From positions 13,020,001-13,084,000 of the forward strand of contig OZ024763.1 in assembly GCA_964016885.1 (NCBI GenBank): a stretch of 64,000 bases of DNA. The letters run 5' to 3'. The position numbers and the translations under genes are program-made. Below the pieces are notes generated by a model that was not told the origin of the DNA, did not search any database, and was given only the letters and a program-made list of their open reading frames with translations. This document shows, one piece after another, positions 53,004-64,000 of the stretch; position 1 is the first letter of the stretch; every line of letters starts with the position of its first letter. Source of the DNA: Eledone cirrhosa (lineage: Eukaryota).

Positions 53004-55127
53004 TCATACATACACTCGCACACATCCATACACACACACACACATACATACACTTGCACACATGCATACATACACACACACACACTCACATACATACACT
53101 CGCACACATCCATACATACACACACACATTCACATACACTTGCACACATCCATACATACACACACACACACATACATACATTCACTCGCACACATGCATA
53201 CATACACACACTCTCACACATACATACATACACTAACATACATGTGCATGCATACACAGACACCCACACACACACTCACACACGTGTGCATACATACACA
53301 CACATGTGCATACATACACACACACATACATACAGCTACTAAGTTCTAGGATATAGACACAAAAACGGAGAGAGATAGATGCACACACACATTCACACAC
53401 ACACACATTCACACACACATTCACACACATACTCATGCTCACACACATTCACACATACTCATGCACACACATTCACACACATACTCATGCACACACACAT
53501 TCACACACATACTCATGCTCACACACATTCACACACACATACTCATGCACACACATTCACACACATACTCATGCTCACACACATTCACACACACATACTC
53601 ATGCACACACATTCACACACACATACTCATGCACACACACATTCACACACATACTCATGCACACACATTCACACACATACTCATGCTCACACACATTCAC
53701 ACACATACTCATGCACACACATTCACACACATACACACATACTCATGCACACACATACTCATGCACACACATACACAATCAGTTTATACATAGGAGGTGA
53801 TGGTGGTGGTGACAGTGGTAGTGGTGGTGGTGATGGTGGTAGTGGTGATGGTGGTGATGATGGTGATGATGGTGATGATGATGGTGGTAGTGGTGGTGAT
53901 GGTGGTGGTGATGGTGGTGGTAGTGGTGGTGGTGATAGTGGTGGTGGTGATGATGGTGGTGGTAGTGGTGATGGTGGTGGTAGTGGTGGTGGTGATGGTG
54001 GTGGTAGTGGTGATGGTGGTGATGGTGGTGGTAGTGGTGATGGTGGTGGTGATGGTGGTGGTGGTGGTGATGGTGATGGTAGTGGTGGTGATGGTGGTGG
54101 TGGTGGTGATGGTGGTGATGGTGATGGTGGTGGTGGTGGTGGTGGTGGTGGTGGTGATGGTGGTGGTGGTGATGGTGATCTACTTGACCTGTGTGACCTC
54201 TGATATGGTAAAACAAGAATGAGCTGCAGTCTGTGACATGATTAAAGTTTGTTCAATTATAAAACAATTATGGATTTAATTGTAGAGGGGGTGTGGTGTG
54301 GGTGGTGTGGTGTCGGTGGTGTGGTGTGGGTGGTGCGGTGGTGTGTGGTGTGGTGTGGTGTGGTGGTGTGGTGTGGTGGTGTGGTGTAGTGTGGGTGGTG
54401 TGGTGTGGTGTGGTGTAGTGTGGTGTGGTGGTGTGTGGTGTGGTGGTGAGGTGTGGTGTGGTGTAGTGTGGTGTGGTGTAGTGTGGTGTGGTGTAGTGTG
54501 GTGTGGTGTAGTGTGGTGTGGTGTAGTGTGGTGTGGTGTAGTGTGGTGTGGTGTAGTGTGGTGTGGTGTGGGTGGTGTGGTGGTGTGGGTGGTGTGGTGG
54601 TGTGTGGTGTGGTGGTGTGGTGTGGTGTGGTGTGGTGTGGTGGTGTGGTGTGGTGGTGTGGTGTGGTGGTGTGGTGTGGTGGTGTGGGTGGTGCGGTGGT
54701 GTGGTGTGGTGGTGTGGGTGGTGCGGTGGTGTGGTGTGGTGGTGTGGTGTGGTGGTGTGGTGTGTAGTGTCGTGTGGTGTAGTGTGGTGTGGTGTGGTGT
54801 GGTGGTGTAGTGGTGTGGTGGTGTGTGGTGTGTAGTGTGGTGTGGTGTAGTGTGTGGCGTGGTGTAGTATGTGGTGTGTAGTGTCGTGTGGTGTAGTGTG
54901 TGGTGTGTAGTATGGTGTGGTGTAGTGTGGTGTGTGGTGTGGTGTAGTGTGTGGTGTGGTGTAGTGTGGTGATGGTGATAGTTATGGTGGTAGTGGTTGT
55001 TGTTGGTGGTGGTGGCGGTGGCTATTGTAGTGGTGGAGGAAAGACAGTTAGAAGATGGAAGAGAAAGAAGCTAATAAGGGTGAGAGAGAGAGAGAGAGAG
55101 TGTGTGTGTGTAAGAGAGAGAGAGAGA

Positions 55128-55162
<35 letters not shown>

Positions 55163-56300
55163 TGGGTGTGTGTGTGTGTAAGAGAGAGAGAGAGAGAGTG
55201 TGTGTGTGTGTGTGTGTGAGGGATAAAGAAAGAGTGAGAGAGAGTGTGTATGTGTGTGTCAAAGAGAGTGTGTGTATGTGTGTGTCAAAGAATGTGTGTG
55301 TGTGTGTGAGAGAGAATGAGAGAGAGAATGGAGTGTGAGGGAGAAAGTGTGAGATGGAGAGAGAGGGAGAGAGAGAGTGAGAGAGGAACAAAGAGAGAGA
55401 GTATGAGTGGGAGAGAAAGTGAGTGTGAGAGAGGGAGAGGGGGAGATGAAGAGTGTGAGAGAGAGGGATAGTGTAAGAGTGAGAGAAAGAGGGGGGAGAG
55501 AAGTAGAGAGTGTAAGAGAGTGTGGGAGAGGGAGAGAGTGTGTGTGTGTGTGAGAGAGAGAGTGTGAGAGGGAGAGTGTGTGTGTGTGAAAGAGAGTATG
55601 TGTGTGTGAGAGAGAGAGAGAGAGTGTATGTGTGTGTGAGAGGGAGAGAGTGTGTGTGTGAGAGTGTGTGAGAGAGAGAGAGAGAGAGAGAGTGTGTGTG
55701 TGAGAGGAGAGAGTGTGTGTGTGAGAGAGAGAGAGTGTGTATGTGTGAGAGTGTGTGTGTGTGTGAAAGAGACTGTGTGTGTGTGTGTGTGTGTGAGAGA
55801 GGAAGAGAGAGAGTGTGTGAGAGAGAGTGTGTGTGTGTGAGAGAGAGAAAGAGTGTGTGTGTGTGTGTGAGAGAGAGAAAGAGTGTGTGTGTGTGTGAGA
55901 GAGAGAGAAAGAGTGTGTGTGTGTGAGAGGGAGAGAGTGTGTGTGTGAAAGGGAGAGAGTGTGTGTGTGAAAGGGAGAGAGAGAGAGTGTGGGAGAGAGA
56001 GAGTGTGAGAGGGAGAGAGTGTGTGTGTGAAAGAGAGTGTGTGAGAGAGAGAAAGAGTGTGTGTGAGAGAGAGAAAGAGTGTGTGTGTGTGAGAGGGAGA
56101 GAGTGTGTGTGTGTGAGAGGGAGAGAGTGTGTGTGTGAAAGGGAGGGAGTGTATGTGTATGTGAGAGAGAGAGAGTGTGTGTGTGAGAGAGAGGAAGAGG
56201 GAGAGAGTGTGTGTGTGAGAGAGAGGAAGAGAGAGAGTGTGTGTGTGTGTGTGAGAGAGAGTGTGTGTGTGTGAGAGAGAGTGTGTGTGAGAGAGAGAGA
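53000..56300. repeat. Compound low-complexity block: (CA)n-like, (GGT/GAT)n, (GTGTG)n and (GA/GT)n
   Basis: Direct reading. Confidence 0.9.
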
Positions 56301-56580
56301 GAACTAAAATGTAAGGCAGTGTGAAAGAATAGGTTTAAAACATCTACCTTGACAGCTAGCTGGTGTTCAACTGTATATATACACAGATATATACATATAT
56401 ATATATACACAGATATATACATATATATATATATATATATCTGTGTATATATATATAGACTGTTATATATATATATATACTGATATATATATATAGACTG
56501 TTATATATATATATATACACTGATATATATATATATATATACACAGATATATATATATAGACTGTTATATATATATACTG

Positions 56581-56625
<45 letters not shown>

Positions 56626-56909
56626 GTATATATATGTATGTGTGTGTGTATATATATATATCAGTGTGTATACAGTTGTAAATATAGATGAGGGAAGTTG
56701 GTTAAATTACAAGCGGAATTACAAAAAAAGAAGGAAAACAAAAGACTATATATATACACACACATACATATATATATATACAAATACATATATATATACA
56801 CACACACACACATATATATATGTATTTGTGTATATATATATATACACAAATACATATATATATACACACACAAATACACACACACACACATATATATACA
56901 CATACAAAT

Positions 56910-56940
<31 letters not shown>

Positions 56941-57091
56941 CAAAAACATATATATACACAAATAGATACACACATACACACACACACATGTTAATGTGTG
57001 TGTGTAAGACGCCAGGATGGGTGTGGCCACAAACCACCACAACTTGTCTCCAGTCAGTCACTATATGTTCTATTACAACTGTCTAGCTATA

Positions 57092-57138
<47 letters not shown>

Positions 57139-57139
57139 A

Positions 57140-57932
57140 CTGATTCTTTTTTTCAAATACCACTTTGGAAGAAGAAACAGGATGGAGAGAGAGGTGCTGT
57201 ACCCCAGCAAGTTTTATGAAAGGTGGGTGAAAGTGGCGAGAATGGCCCGAGTGAATGGGCCTTCTCTCTATATCAGCCAGTAGGTTGAGGAAAAAGAGGA
57301 AGAGAGGAAAGGGGTACAAACTCTTCGGACTCCTGGAGATGAGGGTTGCACATTTTTTTTTCGGGGGTATGTGTTACCCATATGTAATGTCTCCCTCTAT
57401 TGGGGAAAATCGACTAACTTTTTAAATTCCATTTGTAATAACATTTTACACGTTTTTATTGTATGTAAACTTCCCCCTTTGTATTTGTCCCCTTCTTTTG
57501 TGCCCCTGTGGCTAATAAAGAAATATATCTATCTATCTATATATCTATCTCATTCCCTTCTTTAAGTATCACTTTAGAAGGAGAACCAGAGTGGAGAGAG
57601 AGAGGCACTGCACCCCAGTAAATTTACTGAAAGGTGGGTGAATGAAGCAAAAATGGCCCGAGAGATTGGACCCTCGCTGTATATAAGCCTGTAGGTTGAA
57701 GAAGAGAGCAAAAGGAAGAAAGGAGCACTTGCACAACACACTCCTGAAGTTGAGGGTTGTTCTATCTACGGGGTATTAAACAACCCATTTATGGGGCCTC
57801 CCCCCCTATTGGGGATTTCGATTGTTATAATTGTTTGTTTCAATATTTTTACACGATTGTATGTAAAATCCCCGGCATGTGTCTTTGTATTGTCCCCTTT
57901 TCTTGTGCGCCCTTGTGGCTAATAAAGAAATA
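57140..57932 (+). mobile_element. Two diverged tandem 3' ends of a Tx1/L1-like LINE within (ATCT)n
   Basis: ~57140-57525 and ~57565-57932 are homologous; KFYERWVKVARMARV C-terminus; both end tgtggctAATAAAgaaat followed by (atct)n. Confidence 0.6.
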
Positions 57933-58222
57933 TATCTATGTATATATCTATCTATCTATCTATCTATCTATCTGCCTACCAACCTCTCTCTCTATCCTTT
58001 TCATTTACAACTCTCTCCACCACCACCACCACCACCACCATCACCATAACAACAAGCAGCACCTGTACCCCCACCCCCATTCTTCATTCCACCCACCACT
58101 TCACCATGTGTCTAACAGGGAAATGTATATCAGTGTGTATATATATATATATATAATATATATATATATATGTATGTGTGTATGTCTGTATATATATCTA
58201 TATATGTTTGTATCTATGTATG

Positions 58223-58299
<77 letters not shown>

Positions 58300-59167
58300 A
58301 TGTCTGTATATATATATATATATCTATATATGTTTGTATGTTTGTATCTATGTATGTTTATAGGTATGAATGTATATGTATGTATGTGTATATATATATG
58401 TATATATATGCATGCTTATGTGTGTGTATGTATATATGTATGCATGTATATGTGTATGTATGTATATATGTGTATGTATGTATATATGAATGTATATGTG
58501 TATGTATGTATATATGTATAAATGTATGTATGTATATATGTATGCATATGTGTGTGTGTGTGCATGTATGTATGTATGTATATGTATTATGTGTGTATAT
58601 ATGAATGTATGTATGTATGCATGTGTATATATATGTATGTATATATGTATGCATATATGTGTGTATGTGTGCATGTGTGTATGTATGTATATATGTATGT
58701 ATATGTGTATGTATGTATATATATGTATGTATGTATATTTGTATGTATGTATGTATATATGTATGTGTATATATGTGTATGTATGTATATATATATATGT
58801 ATGTATGTATATTTGTATGTATCTATGTATATATGCATGTGTATATATATATGTATGTATGTGTATATATATGTATGTATGTGTATATATATGTATGTAT
58901 GTGTATATATATATATGTATATATATATATATGTATGTATGTGTATATATATGTATGTATGTGTATATGTATGTATGTGTATATATATGTATGTATGTAT
59001 GCGTATATATATATATATGCATGTGTATATATGTATATATATATGTATGTATGTGTATATATATGTATGTATGTGTATATATATGTATGTGTATATATAT
59101 GTATGTATGTGTATATATATGTATGTATATATATATGTATGTATGTGTATATATATGTATGTATGTG

Positions 59168-59198
<31 letters not shown>

Positions 59199-59586
59199 GT
59201 ATGTATGTGTATGTATGTGTATGTATGTGTATATATATGTATGTATGTGTATATGTATGTATGTGTATATACATGTAGTATATATATGTGAGTATAGACA
59301 AATCACAGCCCAGAGATGTAAAGTAGAATATATATCTATGTTTACCTTAAAAGGTCTAACTTCAGTTTAAAGTAAAGAATGTGGCACATATGGAATCCAA
59401 AGACCAAGTGTTCAGCAGACACTCTCAGTTGATAATACCTATATATATATACACACCTTCGCACACACAGGCATACATACATCATGTATGTGTGTATATA
59501 TGTGTGTGTGGCTCTAAGCACACAGACACACTCACATGTATGTATATATATATATATATGCATATGTGTGTATATATACATGTATG

Positions 59587-59622
<36 letters not shown>

Positions 59623-59658
59623 CATGTATGCATGTATATATATCTCTATATATATATC

Positions 59659-60258
59659 TCAGTACAACCTGTCTCATGGTCGGGTCGTTGGCGACTAAAC
59701 TGGCAACCCCACCAAGGTTTCTTGGTGAGGAGGGTGACTTTGGACATCCTGCAGGACTAAAAACAAAACCTGTCAAAGGGCAAAGGAGCTCTTAAGAGTC
59801 AATGGCCATCCAAAATCACCGGGAGAGATGACCCCTTTAGCCTTAGTCAAGGCAGAATTCTAGGAGAAGGAAAACTCTGATATAACACCTGCAACCCTGA
59901 TGGTATCCAATGATGTTGACTTGTTCTTCTTTTTGGTAAATAGCATCTTGGTTAAGAGAGTGGGACTGGCTTTGTGCAGTGCCTTTGCTCACTATAAAAG
60001 CTTCACGGCACAGGCATTGCTTTATATCTGGAGATCTCTCTGCACTTGTCCTCACATGGGCCCAGCACTATGTGTCAATAATTGTCCTACCATGGGCCTA
60101 GCACTATGTGTCAATAATTGTCACAGGTGTAGTGTTTGTACCAGAGGTTTCAAGTCGCTGGCTGGACTAAAAAGTCACACTCGTTCAGCGCTTCGGTAGG
60201 GGTTATCCTACATGGATGTAAAGTAGTGGCCGTACTCGAAAACGAGTTGGCAGCCACC
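59659..60258 (+). mobile_element. Short RTE-derived element: 5'-UTR-like head fused to a C-terminal C2H2-like end
   Basis: CSVCTRGFKSLAGLKSHTRS then stop; head contains ggagaaggaaaactctga; flanked by (TA)n. Confidence 0.5.
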
Positions 60259-61797
60259 ATATATATATCTACATATATCTATATACATGCACACATGTAT
60301 GTATATATATATATATATGTATATGTGTGTCTGTTTGCTTAGACCCACACCCACATACATACATATATACATATATTACACTCATACATACATATATACA
60401 TACATACACTCATACATACACATATACATACACACATGCACACAGACACACTTTATATGCATAGATATATACACACATATATACACGCACACATGTATAC
60501 ATACATACACACATGCATACATGCACACTTTATATGCATAGATATATACATACATATATATATATACACGCACACATGCATACATTCATATATACACACA
60601 TACATACATATACATACATACATACATACATGTGTGCATGTATATAGATATGTGTACATGTATCTGTGTGCATATATGTATGTATTTATGTATATATAGG
60701 TGTGTATATATATATATGTGTGTGTGTTTGTGAGTGTATATATGTTTGTATATATATATGTGTGTGTGTGTGTGTATATGTGTGGGCATGTATATCTATA
60801 TATATGTATGTGTATATATGTATGCGTATAATTTAAAGGGTAAGATACTGCTTCTTGTAATTGTTGTCAGTGAAATTATATACACACGCACACACACACA
60901 CATCATATACATGCATGCATTCATATACACACATACATACATGTACACATATACACAGAGGGGTATACACACACACATATATATATATATATATACACAC
61001 ACATACATATAAATATATACATACACACACACACACATATATACACATACACACACATACATACATATATATATATACATACACACACATACATACATAT
61101 ATATATATACATACACACACATACATATATATATACATACACACACACACACATACATATATATATATACATACATATATATATACACATTCACACACAT
61201 ATATATATATATATACATACACACACATATACATATATATACATACACACATACATACACATACTTATACACACAAGTGTGTGTGTGTATATGCATGTAT
61301 GTGTATATATATCTTTATATATAAGTGCGTGTGTGTATATGCATGTATGTATACATATATCTTTATATTTAAGTGTGTGTGTATATGCATGTATGTATAT
61401 ATATATATCTTTATATATGTGTGTGTATGTGTATATGCATGTATGTATATATATATATATCTTTATATATAAGTGTATGTGTGTATATGCATGTATGTAT
61501 ATATATATCTTTATATATAAGTGTGTGTGTGTATATGCATGTATGTATATATATATCTTTATATATAAGTGTGTGTGTATATGCAGGTATGTATATATAT
61601 ATCTTTATATTTAAGTGTGTGTGTATATGCATGTATGTGTATATATATCTTTATATATGTGTGTGTATATGCACGTATGTATATATATCTTTATATATAT
61701 ATATGTGTGTGTGTGTGTATATGCATGTATGTATATATATCTTTATATATATATATATGTGTGTGTGTGTGTATATGCATGAATGTATATATATCTT

Positions 61798-61830
<33 letters not shown>

Positions 61831-63046
61831 ATATGCATGCATGTGTATATATATCTTTATATATAAGTGTGTGTGTGTGTGTGTATATGCACGTATGTAT
61901 ATATATCTATATATATATATATATATATGTGTGTATATGTATATGTATGTATGTATATAAATCTTTATATATATATAAAAGTGTGTGTGTGTATATATGC
62001 ATGAATGTATATATATCTTTATATATATATATATATGTGTGTGTGTATATGCATGAATGTATATATATCTTTATATATATATATATATGTGTGTGTGTGT
62101 ATATGCATCCATGTGTATATATATCTTTATATATAAGTGTGTGTGTGTGTGTGTATATAAATCTTTATATATATATATATATGTGTGTATATGTATATGC
62201 ATGTATGTATATAAATCTTTATATATATATATAAGTGTGTGTGTGTATATGCATGTATGTATATATATATATCTTTATATATATATATATATAAGTGTGT
62301 ATGTGTATAAAGATTGAACAGAAAATCAGAAGAAACCACAAAAATAAATAGTGCAGAGTAGGGGTGGGTGGAGAAGAGAAAGTTTGGGTAGGGGGGTGAG
62401 GTAGAGACAGACAGACAGACAGACAGACGACAGACAGACAGACGACAGACAGACAGACAGACAGAGATATATTACTTGAGAGAAAAAGAATAGATATACC
62501 TATACACAGATATAGTTAGAGTGTGTGCTCCTTTCGGGGTTTATATATATATATACACACACAGATATATATACAAACATACACATACATACATTCACAC
62601 ATACACATAGACATATATACAAACATACACATACATACATACATACATTCACACATACATACATATAGACATATATACAAACATACACATACATACATAT
62701 ATACATGCATAAGGGTTTATATATATATACACACACACACAGATATATATAAAAACATACACATACATACATTCACATATATATATATAGACATATATAC
62801 AAACATACACATACATACATATATACACGCATAAGGGTTTATATATTTATATATATACACACACACAGATATATATACAAACATACACATACATACATAC
62901 ATTCACACATACATATATATATATAGACATATATAGAAACATACACATACATACATATATACACGCATTCATGCATACTCACACACAGAAATGTATATGT
63001 ATATATGTGTGTATATATACAAGCAGGAAAAAGCTGACGTAAAATG

Positions 63047-63098
<52 letters not shown>

Positions 63099-63202
63099 CA
63101 TTTTACGCTACATAAATAAATATTGACATACCCGGAAAAAATACAACCATTAAGGTTGTATTTTTTCCAGGTATGTCAATATTTATTCATAAAACAAATC
63201 TG

Positions 63203-63268
63203 TATTTTATCTGATGAAAGCGCACCATAATTTGCCTTGGTTGCCCTTGAAATATGTATAATGAAATA
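63203..63268 (+). ncRNA. Minimal type-I hammerhead ribozyme motif, same family as 6075-6139, within element ~63110-63403
   Basis: TATTTTAT CTGATGA AAGCGCACCA..TGGTTGCCCTT GAAA TATGTA TA ATGAAATA. Confidence 0.7.
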
Positions 63269-63407
63269 AATATGGTTTTATAAATACAGTTTCCATTTAT
63301 TAATATATTGAATATTTACGCCACTAAACTGTTGAGTGCTTTATAACAGTTATAAAAATGTTTAAGCTTGTTGAATCCCAACAAATTAAATATAACCTCT
63401 GCATATA

Positions 63408-63473
<66 letters not shown>

Positions 63474-64000
63474 GCAACAGTAACAACTACAATAACAACT
63501 ACAGCACCAACAACTGCCACCACCATCACTGACCATCCACCACCACCACGCTGATACCATCCACCACCACCACACTGACACCATCCACCACCGCCATTAC
63601 CAGCGTAAACAAACAATTATTATTGTTATTGTTATTATATACAAGCCGAACTGGACTGGGAAAGGTCAACAGTTGACATGATAGTGATTTTGACGATTTT
63701 GATTTTGATTTTGATTTTGTATCAGTACTGTCGGTAATATATGTATATATATATATGTTTGTGAGTGGTGTGCGTGATTGTATGCATGAATGAGTGTTGG
63801 TATGTGTGGTTGTGGTTGTGGTTTGTATGCATGAGTATTAGTGTGTGAGTCGTGTCAATAAGTTTCCTTTTTTTTTTTTTTTTTTTTTTAATGACCATGC
63901 TGTAAAATGGAGGGGTAGAGAGGGCCCTTGAGTCTAGTAAGACATCCTCTCTAGTGCTGGTGGCACAAATAAAAGCACCCAGTCCATGCTGTAAAGTGGC

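Noticed and set aside
53379-54222. Gly/Asp-rich or poly-His protein ORFs (also 26498-26804)
   Set aside because: (GGT/GAT)n trinucleotide microsatellites open in several frames, with no splice or homology support.
59346-59438. Possible upstream exon (AG...AAG|gtaaac on the minus strand)
   Set aside because: The acceptor lies in (TA)n with no pyrimidine tract and there is no coding or homology support; cannot be called without transcripts.

Overview
AT-rich, microsatellite-saturated animal genomic DNA. The repeat complement (tRNA-derived SINEs with (ATG)n tails, RTE, R4/Dong-like and Tx1-like LINE debris, very long (TA)n/(CA)n tracts) suggests a coleoid cephalopod such as Octopus; this is inference only. 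Almost all ORF-track entries are microsatellite artefacts. The one gene I can support is on the minus strand: 13 GT-AG exons between 47789 and 3058 that join in one continuous reading frame, with no stop in that frame up to 3058 (the gene probably extends beyond the window). It encodes a Smoothelin-type motif (IEDEDELQAMLDKVDNFEDRKKIRARLREVR), a coiled coil and a long S/T/D/E/K-rich linker. The most striking structure is an array of seven near-identical 117-bp phase-1/phase-1 exons (39-aa unit ASPKEGTDEKSGDSTTDDVNKTQKSSEDNKTSEGDKENL). All seven keep intact splice sites, six carry a hairpin predicted to bury the 5' splice site, and oppositely oriented SINE copies are interleaved among them. Introns and flanks also hold four clear minimal type-I hammerhead ribozyme motifs (plus one variant) in (TA)n-inserted elements resembling Penelope-like pseudo-LTRs, a ~390-bp near-perfect palindrome, and TTAA/piggyBac-type MITEs that have seeded minisatellites.
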